This document shows, one piece after another, positions 9,364 through 18,663 of a DNA stretch of 28,835 bases. Location: positions 1 to 28,835 of the IMG/VR virus record IMGVR_UViG_3300017913_000891. One strand, written 5' to 3'. The DNA comes from a virus (taxonomy: Duplodnaviria; Caudoviricetes). Each line of letters opens with the position of its first letter. Within the stretch, counting starts at the first letter, position 1. The position numbers and the translations under genes are program-made. Below the pieces are notes generated by a model. It was not told the DNA's origin, searched no databases, and worked only from the letters and a program-made list of their open reading frames with translations.

Positions 9364-10092
9364 ATGGCTACTTACGTTACACTAGTTAATGAATTACTTA
9401 CTAGACTGAATGAAGTCACACTAGATACTGCTGGTGATGGGTTTGGTACAGTACGTAACGTGCAGTCACTGGCTAAACAAGCAGTAAATAACTCCATTAG
9501 AAATATCTTACAGACAGGCCAAGAGTGGCCTTTCTTAAAAAATACTTATACCCAAACATTAACTGCAGGAACAAGACAGTATGACTTTCCTGCAGATTAT
9601 TCTAGAGCAGACTGGCAGACTTTTTATCTTAAGAAGTTGACATCTGTTGATAACACACCTATGTCTTTACCTAGTATTACTTATGATGAGTACATTCAAA
9701 GGTACAGACACTTTGATGACACAGGTGAGCAAACAGGTATTTCTGCACCTACCCTTGTCTACCAAACAAATGAAGAGAAGTTTGGTGTAACACCTATTCC
9801 AGATGAAGCATACGAAATTGAGTACATCTACTGGTCATTCCCTGCAGACCTAACTGCTTACAATGATACAACAGTTATTCCAGACAGATTTAAACATGTA
9901 ATCATTGATGGTGCTATGATGTACATGATGAGATTCAGATCTAATGAGCAGAGTGCTGCAGTACACCAAGGTGTGTTCCAAGAGGGTATCAAGTCTATGA
10001 GAAGAATACTTGTTGATGAACCCTTACGTATTAGATCAACTGTAGTAGAAAGAATTAACTCTTCTAACCAAGTACTGGGTAGAGTTCTCTAA
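9364..10092 (+). CDS. Head-tail adaptor / tail tubular protein A-like
   Basis: Position after the capsid genes. 'TYVTLVNELLTRLNE', 'EWPF' and 'IPDRFKHVIIDGA' are typical adaptor patterns. Confidence 0.7.
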   Translation: MATYVTLVNELLTRLNEVTLDTAGDGFGTVRNVQSLAKQAVNNSIRNILQTGQEWPFLKNTYTQTLTAGTRQYDFPADYSRADWQTFYLKKLTSVDNTPMSLPSITYDEYIQRYRHFDDTGEQTGISAPTLVYQTNEEKFGVTPIPDEAYEIEYIYWSFPADLTAYNDTTVIPDRFKHVIIDGAMMYMMRFRSNEQSAAVHQGVFQEGIKSMRRILVDEPLRIRSTVVERINSSNQVLGRVL

Positions 10093-11633
10093 TGGCAGAC
10101 AATTTAGGTTCATTTAAAGTATTTGCTGAAGGGGGTCTTAACACTAACAGAGATGTTCTATCTCAAGGTGAAAGACAACCTGGTTCAGCTACGTTGCTAG
10201 TCAACTATGAACCTGCTGTTACAGGTGGCTACAGACGTATCAGTGGTTTTAGTAACGACTATGGTGAGGTTACAGGTACAGGAAGTGTACTTGGTGTAGC
10301 AGTAGCAGATGGAATTAACGATGGTATCTTAGCTGCTCGTGCACCTTCTAGTGGTAATAACTACTTACACTACTGGGACGATACTACAGAGGCTTGGGTT
10401 GCAGTAACTACTTCTGGTTCACCTACAATGACAGGTGTAGGAAAAGTACGTTTTACTAGGTTTAATTTTGGTAGCCCTAAAGTTCTTCTTACAGATGGTG
10501 TAAATCCTGCTGCTACCTACGATGGTACAACGTACACTCAAATCACACATGCTAATGCTCCTACAGATCCTAAGTATTCTGCAGTCTTTAAGAAGCACAT
10601 GTTCTTAGCAGGTGATCCAGCAGAAGATCAGAACCTTTACTTCAGTGCACCAGATGACGAAACAAAGTGGGCACCTGCAGATGGTGGTGGTGTTATTAAT
10701 GTAGGTTTTCCTATTGTAGCTATTAAACCATTCAGAGATCAACTTTTTATCTTTGGTACAACAAACATTAAAAGACTACAAGGTAACAATATATCTGATT
10801 TTGTTTTAAGTGAAGTTACAGATGACCTTGGATGTCTAGCAACAGATAGTGTTGTAGAGATTGGAGGGGATATTCTCTTCTTATCTCAAGATGGTTTAAG
10901 ACCAGTTTCAGGTACTAATAAAATTGGTGACGTAAACCTTGAATCTCTTTCAAAGAACATTCAATCTATCTTTACAGATGTTATCTTTGACATTGATCTA
11001 AATGGATTATCTAGTGTAGTTATCCACCAGAAATCTCAGTTAAGACTATTCTTTTCAGGGGCAGATACAACTGGTATTATAGCAGGTTTTAGAGAAAACC
11101 AATCAGGTGGTATTTCTTTAGAGTTTGGTCAGCTTTTAGGTATTCAGGCTACTTGTGCAGACAGTGGGTATTTAGGTCAATATGAATATGTAATTCATGG
11201 GGATAGTTCTGGTAAAGTACACAGACAAGAACAAGGTTCAGACTTTGATGGATCAGAAATATTTAGTGTTTATCAAACACCTTTTCTACATATGCAAGAT
11301 CCAGAGCAACGTAAGATTATACATACTGTAGCTACTTATTTAAGATCAGAAGGCGATAATAATATAGTTCTTTCTGTTCTATTTGATTATGAAGACTTTG
11401 ATACATTAAGTCCTAATAACTTTGATTTAATCACTGAGAATGCAGCAGCCTACTATAATGAGGCACTATATGACAGCACTGCTGTTTTTGATGGCAACCC
11501 TGCACCAGTAAAAAGAACTAATATTTCAGGATCAGGAAAGTCAGTGGCTTTTAAATATGTGACAAATGACACTAATGCTTCACACAGTATCCAAGGTATT
11601 GTCGTGACGTTTGGAGTGGGGGATAGACTATAA
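10092..11633 (+). CDS. Tail nozzle / tail tubular protein B-like (beta-propeller, P22 gp10/T7 gp12 analogue)
   Basis: TAATG coupling to the adaptor gene. N-terminal 'GGLNT', propeller-type strands ('HMFLAG..LYFSA', 'LGCLATDSV', 'ILFLSQDG'). Confidence 0.7.
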   Translation: MADNLGSFKVFAEGGLNTNRDVLSQGERQPGSATLLVNYEPAVTGGYRRISGFSNDYGEVTGTGSVLGVAVADGINDGILAARAPSSGNNYLHYWDDTTEAWVAVTTSGSPTMTGVGKVRFTRFNFGSPKVLLTDGVNPAATYDGTTYTQITHANAPTDPKYSAVFKKHMFLAGDPAEDQNLYFSAPDDETKWAPADGGGVINVGFPIVAIKPFRDQLFIFGTTNIKRLQGNNISDFVLSEVTDDLGCLATDSVVEIGGDILFLSQDGLRPVSGTNKIGDVNLESLSKNIQSIFTDVIFDIDLNGLSSVVIHQKSQLRLFFSGADTTGIIAGFRENQSGGISLEFGQLLGIQATCADSGYLGQYEYVIHGDSSGKVHRQEQGSDFDGSEIFSVYQTPFLHMQDPEQRKIIHTVATYLRSEGDNNIVLSVLFDYEDFDTLSPNNFDLITENAAAYYNEALYDSTAVFDGNPAPVKRTNISGSGKSVAFKYVTNDTNASHSIQGIVVTFGVGDRL

Positions 11634-14600
11634 ATGGCAGGTTATTGTAGACAGAGTGCAGCAGACATTATTGCAAGTGCAGTAATTAAAGCTGCACCAG
11701 TTAATGCAGAGTTTAACTGTGTAAGGGATGCATTTAACTCAAGCACAGGACACAAACATGATGGCACTTCAACTGAAGGTGCTTATGTCCCACTTATTGC
11801 AGACCCAGATGCTAATAATAAGGTTTGTATTGATACTTCAAATAATAGAGTTAGCTTTTTTACAGAAGTGTCTTCAAATCCAGTTGAGCAACTAAGAGTA
11901 CAAGATGGTGCCATTGTCCCTGCCACTGACGATGATATTGATCTTGGTGTAACAACTACAAACAGATTTAAAAACCTATTCCTTGCTGGAAATGCTACTG
12001 TTGCAGGAACCTCCACAGTCACAGGCAACAGTACTTTCGGAGGAACACTAGGTATTACAGGTGTTACTACATTTTCAGATACCATCTGTGGTACAAACTT
12101 CTGCAGCACAGGAACTTCAACTCTAGCCACAGTAGACATTAATGCAGGTAATATTGACAATACTGTTATTGGTGCCACCACTGCTGCTGCTGGTAGCTTT
12201 ACTACACTTAGCACGACAGGACAGGGTACTTTTGCTACAGTCGATGTCAATGGGGGTACTATTGATGGTGCTGTTATTGGTGGTAGCACAGCAGGTGCTG
12301 TAACAGGGACAACAGTCACAGCTAATACTTGCTTCGTGGGTGATATCACTGGTAATGTTACAGGTGCAGTCACAGGTAATGTAACAGGTAATCTGACAGG
12401 TAACGTTACTGGAAATGTTACTGGAGACCTTACAGGAGATGTGACAGGGAACGTTACAGGTGACGTAACTGGTGATCTGACTGGAGATGTAACAGGCAAT
12501 GTTACTGGTAACGTTACAGGCAACTTAACTGGTGATGTAACGTCCACAGGTACATCTACTTTCTGTGACATCAACATGTCTGGTACAGCAGGTATTGATC
12601 TAGGGTCTGCTAAGATTACTTCTGTTGCAGATCCAACTGCTGATGGGGATGCAGCCAATAAATGTTATGTTGACACACAGATTAGTAACCTTATTGGGGG
12701 TGCACCTGATGCCCTTGACACACTTAATGAACTAGCTGCAGCTATCAACGATGATGCTGCATTCTATACATCTGTTACAACTTGTTTAGGTACTAAGCTA
12801 AACAAATCAGGTGGCACTATGACAGGGGATATTTCCCTTGGTGCTAACAAAGCTACCTCTACAGCTACACCTACTACAGATGATACACTGACTCGTAAGG
12901 GTTATGTTGATACACAAGATGCTTTAAAACTTAGCTTGACTGGTGGAACCATGTCAGGTGCTATTGCTATGGGCACATCAAAGATCACAGGGCTAGGTGA
13001 TCCAACTGCAGCCCAAGATGCAGCAACAAAGACGTACACAGATACTCAACGTGATACAAGACTAGCATTGTCTGGTGGTACTATGACTGGTGCCATTGAC
13101 ATGGGTGCCAATAAGATAACTACGACTTATACACCAACTGACAATGCTGACCTTACAACAAAGACTTATGTTGATGATATCTTAGGTTCTGCTACATGTG
13201 CAGAGGCATCATGTGTTTGTGCTGCTGCCAGTGCTACTGCTGCAGCTACAAGTGCTAGTTGTGCATCTGCTTCTCAGACTGCTGCTGCAACTTCAGCATC
13301 TTGTGCTGCATCATCATACGATCAGTTTGATGACAGATACCTTGGAGATAAGAGTGGAGAACCATCTGTAGATAATGATGGTGATGCCCTACTTACTGGT
13401 GCTCTTTATTATGACACAACAGACAATCAACTAAGAATTTATACTGGATCTGCTTGGTCTAATGCAGCATTTACTTTAGGTGATGCTCTTACTTGTATTC
13501 AAGAAGATACTTCTCCAACTCTTGGTGGAAACCTTAATGCTAACTCTCAGTGTATTACAAATGCTACAAGTGTTTGTGGTACAAACTTTTATGGAGCACT
13601 TACAGGTGATGTTACAGGTAACGTAACTGGTTGTGTTTCTACACTTGCAAACTTTAACTCTTCTGATGTTTGCTTTAACTCTGTCTGTGTAGCAGGTAAC
13701 CCAACTCAGGCTTGCCAACTAGCAACTAAAGAATACGTTGACACGATTGCTGCTGCTGGTCTACACTACCATGACCCTGTACGTGTTGAGAGAGAAGGTA
13801 ACCTAAGTGCTACCTACGACAATGGTACGAATGGTGTAGGTGCTACACTTACCAATAACAGTACACAGGCTGCTCTTAGTATTGATGGTGTTACACTATC
13901 TCTCAATGATCGTGTACTTCTTTATGAACAAACAGATGCTACACAGAATGGTATCTACACAGTTACTAACGTAGGTTCTGGATCTACTAACTGGGTTCTT
14001 ACTCGTGCTACAGATGCTGACAGCTATGGTGCTTCAGATAAAGATGCACTGGGTGAAGGTGATGCATTCTTCGTACTGGAAGGTAATGAAGGTGCTGGTG
14101 AGCTTTATGTCATGTCTACCACAGGTACAATTACTTTTGGTACAACTAACATTTCATTCTCACAAGTTGCTGCTACTGCTGTCTACTCTGCAGGAACAGG
14201 TATTACACAAACTGGTACTCAGTTCTCTATTGGTCAAGACGTAGGTACAACAGATGCTGTAACTTTCTCGTGTGTTTGTACAAGTAACTGCCTTAAAGCC
14301 CCTACTATTTGTGCTACCAGCAGTGTTCAGTTCCCTGACAATTCCTGTGCTACTTTTGGTGCAAGTGGTGACCTAAATATTTTTCATAATGGAAGTCACA
14401 GTGTAATAAGTGAAGGTGGCACAGGAAATCTAAGGCTACAAGGCAATGATTTAGCTTTAGAAACTTCTGGTGGGACATCTTATTTAACAGCAGCAAATAA
14501 TGGCTCTGTAGCTGCATATTATGCAGGTTCAGAAAAATTAACTACTAAGTCTTATGGTGCTCAAACAACTGGATGCCACTGTGCAACTGTTTGTTCAAAA

Positions 14601-14930
14601 TCACCAATAGTGTGTGGTAGTACCTGTGTCGTAGCTCCTGACATCAATGCTACTTCTGACTGCAGATGTAAGGACAACATCACTACAGTAGATAATGCTT
14701 ACTGTAAGATCGGTCAGATCAGAGGTGTGAACTATAACTGGAAAGACTCAGGTAAGTACACAATGGGTGTTGTTGCTCAAGAAGTAGAAGAAGCATTCCC
14801 AGAACTTGTTACAACAGATGACGATGGCTACAAATCAGTCAACTATAATGGCTTGGTAGGTGCACTCATTGAAACTGTGAAGTGTCTACAAGGTAAAGTA
14901 GAGGAACTAGAGAATGGCTCTAAAGGTTAG
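11634..14930 (+). CDS. Tail fibre with C-terminal peptidase S74 intramolecular chaperone domain; unusually Cys-substituted
   Basis: N-terminal anchor ('NAEFN..GHKHDG'), G[ND][VL]T repeats, 'DAATKxYVD'-type neck repeats, Ala/Ser/Thr coiled coil. C-terminal 'SDCRCKDNI..IRGVNYNWK..GVVAQEVEEAFPELV..VNYNGLVGALIETVK' matches the S74 pattern. Confidence 0.88.
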   Translation: MAGYCRQSAADIIASAVIKAAPVNAEFNCVRDAFNSSTGHKHDGTSTEGAYVPLIADPDANNKVCIDTSNNRVSFFTEVSSNPVEQLRVQDGAIVPATDDDIDLGVTTTNRFKNLFLAGNATVAGTSTVTGNSTFGGTLGITGVTTFSDTICGTNFCSTGTSTLATVDINAGNIDNTVIGATTAAAGSFTTLSTTGQGTFATVDVNGGTIDGAVIGGSTAGAVTGTTVTANTCFVGDITGNVTGAVTGNVTGNLTGNVTGNVTGDLTGDVTGNVTGDVTGDLTGDVTGNVTGNVTGNLTGDVTSTGTSTFCDINMSGTAGIDLGSAKITSVADPTADGDAANKCYVDTQISNLIGGAPDALDTLNELAAAINDDAAFYTSVTTCLGTKLNKSGGTMTGDISLGANKATSTATPTTDDTLTRKGYVDTQDALKLSLTGGTMSGAIAMGTSKITGLGDPTAAQDAATKTYTDTQRDTRLALSGGTMTGAIDMGANKITTTYTPTDNADLTTKTYVDDILGSATCAEASCVCAAASATAAATSASCASASQTAAATSASCAASSYDQFDDRYLGDKSGEPSVDNDGDALLTGALYYDTTDNQLRIYTGSAWSNAAFTLGDALTCIQEDTSPTLGGNLNANSQCITNATSVCGTNFYGALTGDVTGNVTGCVSTLANFNSSDVCFNSVCVAGNPTQACQLATKEYVDTIAAAGLHYHDPVRVEREGNLSATYDNGTNGVGATLTNNSTQAALSIDGVTLSLNDRVLLYEQTDATQNGIYTVTNVGSGSTNWVLTRATDADSYGASDKDALGEGDAFFVLEGNEGAGELYVMSTTGTITFGTTNISFSQVAATAVYSAGTGITQTGTQFSIGQDVGTTDAVTFSCVCTSNCLKAPTICATSSVQFPDNSCATFGASGDLNIFHNGSHSVISEGGTGNLRLQGNDLALETSGGTSYLTAANNGSVAAYYAGSEKLTTKSYGAQTTGCHCATVCSKSPIVCGSTCVVAPDINATSDCRCKDNITTVDNAYCKIGQIRGVNYNWKDSGKYTMGVVAQEVEEAFPELVTTDDDGYKSVNYNGLVGALIETVKCLQGKVEELENGSKG
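12339..12542 (+). repeat. 17 tandem degenerate 12-bp repeats encoding G-[NDA]-[VLI]-T
   Basis: Translation GDIT GNVT GAVT GNVT GNLT GNVT GNVT GDLT GDVT GNVT GDVT GDLT GDVT GNVT GNVT GNLT GDVT. Confidence 0.9.
12795..13175 (+). repeat. Three ~44-aa tail-fibre shaft repeats ([KR]LxxxGGTM[ST]GxIx[LM]Gx[NS]K[AI]T...KxY[VT]D)
   Basis: KLNKSGGTMTGDISLGANKAT..KGYVD / KLSLTGGTMSGAIAMGTSKIT..KTYTD / RLALSGGTMTGAIDMGANKIT..KTYVD. Confidence 0.8.
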
Positions 14931-15129
14931 TGGTACAACTGTTATTGATGACAGTAAAAACATTCCTTCAGGAACACCATCAGTACAGGGGACGATAGTA
15001 TCAGCTAACGTCCTCACAATACCTTCTGGTACTACAGCACAAAGACCTGCATCCCCAAACACAGGTCACATCTTTTTTGATACAGATGTAGGTACTGTAG
15101 TTTCTTACAATGGAACTACTTGGGTTTAA
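14914..15129 (+). CDS. Small tail-fibre-associated protein, paralogue of the N-terminus of the next ORF
   Basis: GAGGA RBS. MALKVSGTTVIDDSKN..PSGTTAQRPASP.TG.IFFDTD.G...SYNGTTW aligns end-to-end with residues 1-70 of the 1156-aa ORF. Confidence 0.8.
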   Translation: MALKVSGTTVIDDSKNIPSGTPSVQGTIVSANVLTIPSGTTAQRPASPNTGHIFFDTDVGTVVSYNGTTWV

Positions 15130-15169
15130 TATTCACGATAGTCTTTGACTGAGAATATAGGAAAACAAT

Positions 15170-18100
15170 ATGGCTTATAAGATTAATGGAACCACAGTGG
15201 TTGATAACAGCAGGAACGTATGTGCCTGTTGTGTTACTTCTTGCTGTATCACAGCTAGTAATAGGATGGATGCCCCTAGTGGTACTACAGCACAGAGGCC
15301 AAGTTCTCCTGCTACTGGGTCTATTTACTTTGATACAGATCTAGGTTCTCTTATATCTTATAATGGTACAACTTGGAATGCTGTTGGTGGAAGCTCTGTA
15401 GGTCTTGGAGTTTCTTCAGGGCTTGTTAATTCCCCTTCTGATGCTTGGTCTGCTACATATCTTAATGCAGCACCAAAGACACAGTGTAGGGGTGTTAGAA
15501 ACAGTTGTATGTCAAATGATGGTTTTTGTAACTTACAAATATGTAGATGCTTACCTTACTATAAATGTGAATACGAAGCAGAAGTGTGTTGGGCTGGTCA
15601 ATGGAAATATCCTTGGGACTGTTCCTGTGGTGCATTAACCAGGTACTGGTGTGTTTTATCTAAACAAGGGGCACCCAATTGTGATGGGCAGCATGGTTAC
15701 AGTAATCTTTTTTGTGGTGATCACACTTGTGTTGTATCAATACCATCTTATTGCTGCCAAGGTATTTCTTGGGAATTTTTTGAAGATGGTTCAATCTGTC
15801 ATACCAACTTTGACTGTAGTCCAACTGGTTCTGTATCTTGTGGTTGTACTGCAAGTATAACCTCAATACACTTTGATAAGTACGGTAATAACTTTTTATA
15901 TACAAACTTTCATATAACTCCTTCACTTTGCCCTTCCTCTCCAAATTGGGTTCCTGAAAATAGTTTGTTTTATATGAACTTTATAGGGAGAGGGGTGAAT
16001 GGACCTATTGCTCCTTTAAGAAATTGTTTAGATTCATACTTAGAAAGTCCTTTAGTACATAAGGTTGGATGCACCTGCTACGTTTTTGAAGTTTGCACAG
16101 ATTATATTTCTAGTTTTGGTTATGAAGTTTGTGATATAGCTCGTGCCTGGTGCAGCCCATTTAATTCAACTTGTATGCCACAAGAAAAACTTAACCAAAT
16201 GGGGGGTGCTCATTTTAAGAGGCAAACAGGTATAGATATCGCAGGTGTTTGTCCAAGATTTCTTTCAAGCACTATAGTAGGAGGTACAACTGTATGTTGT
16301 CCACCTTGTGCTATGCGTCAATGGTCTTACATCTCTAAATGTCCATCCTACGACAAGACCAGTCCTTCTGCTTACATTGCAAAAGAGGGAACATGCTCTT
16401 CATCAGGACTTAAGGTAGGATTTTCGTATGAAGCTGCATGTAACTCAATAGCTTACTTAAGAATGTTAGACTGGAACTGTTGTTATAGACAAGGGGGTCT
16501 TTATAATTTCTGCTGTGGTCAAGGTGTTTACTGGTCTTCAGAAGATAACTGTTGTATGTTCCACGTCTATTTCCCAGATCAAAACTGTGGATCTGGTTGG
16601 GACTGTTTTACCTGCAGTACTCTGTGTAGTTTAAGTACTGGGATATGCGTCAATGGGTCCAACCCATACCCAGCACTTGAGGTTATAAACACAACAAATG
16701 GCTGTGTTGTGTGTTCAATTTATTGGTTAGGTTGGTACGACTGCCAAGTATCAGGTGCAGAATACGATAAGGCAGTATTCGGTACAAGAAACTGGTTTGG
16801 TGTTGCTCCTCTAACTTATAGACAGGCTCCAAGGGATAGGCATAAACGTAGAAATGTTTTCTCTGAAAGCACTTCAAGTGTTGATGGTTACCCTATGTGT
16901 GCAATTAGATCATGTAATTGCCCAGGAATTATCTACTTCTTACCTTACAATCAAAATGGGTGTAGATCTTCTAGGTTCTCTATTTTTGATGAATGTAATT
17001 TAAAATTTGTAGGTGTACAACCTGTCACTCTTTTACACTCAGCATGTCTATACACTAAAACTAAATGTTTGTTAGGTGGGGTTCAAGGTGTTTACCTAAC
17101 TTCTGGTACTGCTTATAATTGCTTATCATGTGCATTCTGCTGCACCTACGATACAACTAGTACTACACCAAGAAGAGTTTGTAGTTTGTGGACAACACTT
17201 ACTGGAGGTTGTTTAGCAAATACATCTGCGTGTTGTGATTTACGTTTTGATTTCCCAACACCATGTTTAAGTGATCCTTACTGCTTTGGAGATACTTACT
17301 ATATCAACCCAGAGACTGATCACCTAGTTACTTTCTACTCTTTAGCTTATTATTCTGGTACACTTGCAAGGACAACTAAATGGATTGGTGCAGTCTGTTG
17401 GGATATCTGGAATTGCTGTATAACTAGAGTAGAAACTCTATGGCCTACTTCAGGTGAAAAATGTATTGCAGGTCTTTGCTGTGGTCTATGTTGTTGGGGA
17501 ACCCTTGATTGGACAGACGCAAATGGATGCTTAAAAGCTGCAGGTAATTTCTGCATGTGTACTAACACCTGTAACTCTGGCCCTTACATTAAGAAAAGAG
17601 TGGCAATGGTGGGTAGAACGTATGGTGACAGCCTTTCTGAAGGTGGTTTCAGTTATATAGTTACCCCTAATGTAGGTGCTGCAGATGGAATGGCTATACT
17701 ATCCTCTTGTAGGATTTGTAACTGTCCTGGTGGAGCATGTGGTACTTGTCTGACCTGTGGTACTTGTATGGGTTACTTTGGACCATGCCAAATAGGTGGA
17801 TGCGTATATAGAAACACTTGCTGTTGTACTAACTGTAAAGAAGGTTTGAATAGGGTTAATCCTAGCTTTGGTGTAGGAAGAGTTCCTTACTCAAAACCAT
17901 TAAAGTGTACAGAAATGTTTGAAGAAGACGCAGGGGTAAAATGTTTCATTGAAATGGTCCTTGGTTGTCACGATATTGGTTGTGCTCTTTACTGTAATAA
18001 CCAGTGTCAAATTGACAAGGAAGTTTATTCTTACTTTGCACCATGCTTCTATTGCACAGTAGATATTACCTGTCAGTTTACTTGTGGTTGTACAAATGTT

Positions 18101-18640
18101 TACACTTGGGGTGGAACATGCTGGTGTAGTGCTTGCAGATGGCAGATTTGGGATACAAGTACAACCTGTGTTTGTTATTGCAGATATTCTTACATTGATT
18201 CGCCAACTAACTGCTGCGAAACTATGTTAGACATGGTTAGTTATGATTGTTGCTGTGGTTTCTGTTGCTTTAAAGTTTGCTGTGTTGATAATGGGAATGT
18301 TTATATATGTTGTAATCTAGCTAATTCCTGTGCTTGTCTTACTTGTGAAAACTTTGCTGCTGTCCCAACAGCCCTGATCTGTATTTGTACAGAAAACCTA
18401 TTTAGGGGTGTAGCAGATCATAGAAGATTTACAAATCCATCTGGAGAAGTAAGAATTATAGGATACGACACAGGGGGTAGTAGGGAAGCTGAATGTTTTA
18501 TTAGTGATTCTTGTGGACGTGTTAGACATTCAGGTCATGACAATTACTTCTCTAATCTATGTCAACCCTGCTGTTGCTTGAAAGGTCTATCAGGACCAGT
18601 TAAGTACTGGTTTGATAAATATTACGCAGAGATATTGTAA
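15170..18640 (+). CDS. Very Cys-rich putative distal tail-fibre/receptor-binding protein, 1156 aa
   Basis: AGGA RBS. N-terminal 'PSGTTAQRP..G.IYFDTD..YNGTTW' fibre-junction motif. About 134 Cys by hand count, with many CC, CCC and CxC. No family recognised for the body. Confidence 0.7.
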   Translation: MAYKINGTTVVDNSRNVCACCVTSCCITASNRMDAPSGTTAQRPSSPATGSIYFDTDLGSLISYNGTTWNAVGGSSVGLGVSSGLVNSPSDAWSATYLNAAPKTQCRGVRNSCMSNDGFCNLQICRCLPYYKCEYEAEVCWAGQWKYPWDCSCGALTRYWCVLSKQGAPNCDGQHGYSNLFCGDHTCVVSIPSYCCQGISWEFFEDGSICHTNFDCSPTGSVSCGCTASITSIHFDKYGNNFLYTNFHITPSLCPSSPNWVPENSLFYMNFIGRGVNGPIAPLRNCLDSYLESPLVHKVGCTCYVFEVCTDYISSFGYEVCDIARAWCSPFNSTCMPQEKLNQMGGAHFKRQTGIDIAGVCPRFLSSTIVGGTTVCCPPCAMRQWSYISKCPSYDKTSPSAYIAKEGTCSSSGLKVGFSYEAACNSIAYLRMLDWNCCYRQGGLYNFCCGQGVYWSSEDNCCMFHVYFPDQNCGSGWDCFTCSTLCSLSTGICVNGSNPYPALEVINTTNGCVVCSIYWLGWYDCQVSGAEYDKAVFGTRNWFGVAPLTYRQAPRDRHKRRNVFSESTSSVDGYPMCAIRSCNCPGIIYFLPYNQNGCRSSRFSIFDECNLKFVGVQPVTLLHSACLYTKTKCLLGGVQGVYLTSGTAYNCLSCAFCCTYDTTSTTPRRVCSLWTTLTGGCLANTSACCDLRFDFPTPCLSDPYCFGDTYYINPETDHLVTFYSLAYYSGTLARTTKWIGAVCWDIWNCCITRVETLWPTSGEKCIAGLCCGLCCWGTLDWTDANGCLKAAGNFCMCTNTCNSGPYIKKRVAMVGRTYGDSLSEGGFSYIVTPNVGAADGMAILSSCRICNCPGGACGTCLTCGTCMGYFGPCQIGGCVYRNTCCCTNCKEGLNRVNPSFGVGRVPYSKPLKCTEMFEEDAGVKCFIEMVLGCHDIGCALYCNNQCQIDKEVYSYFAPCFYCTVDITCQFTCGCTNVYTWGGTCWCSACRWQIWDTSTTCVCYCRYSYIDSPTNCCETMLDMVSYDCCCGFCCFKVCCVDNGNVYICCNLANSCACLTCENFAAVPTALICICTENLFRGVADHRRFTNPSGEVRIIGYDTGGSREAECFISDSCGRVRHSGHDNYFSNLCQPCCCLKGLSGPVKYWFDKYYAEIL

Positions 18641-18663
18641 TAAGCTCTCACTTATGATAAAAT
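18635..18663 (+). promoter_or_regulatory. Sigma70-type promoter (extended -10) for the glycosylation cassette
   Basis: TTGTAA (18635-18640), 17 bp, TAAAAT (18658-18663) preceded by TGn. Followed by hairpin CAGGGCTG-TAA-TGGCCCTG (18668-18686). Confidence 0.6.

Noticed and set aside
12339-12542. CRISPR-like array
   Set aside because: These are in-frame degenerate 12-bp coding repeats with no unique spacers and no cas genes.
11783-12658. 291-aa antisense ORF with VT[LFS]P repeats
   Set aside because: Mirror of the Gly/Thr/Val-rich tail-fibre repeats, which produce few stops on the reverse strand. No independent protein features.
11634-18640. Cys excess explained by genetic-code reassignment of TGY codons
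   Set aside because: The enrichment is confined to two genes. TGY encodes expected Cys in enzymes (e.g. LNCVAN in the carbamoyltransferase), and the residues apparently replaced are diverse rather than one amino acid.
11634-18640. Diversity-generating retroelement acting on the tail genes
   Set aside because: No reverse transcriptase and no template/variable repeat pair differing at adenines was seen in the window. The 71-aa duplication is too diverged and is N-terminal.
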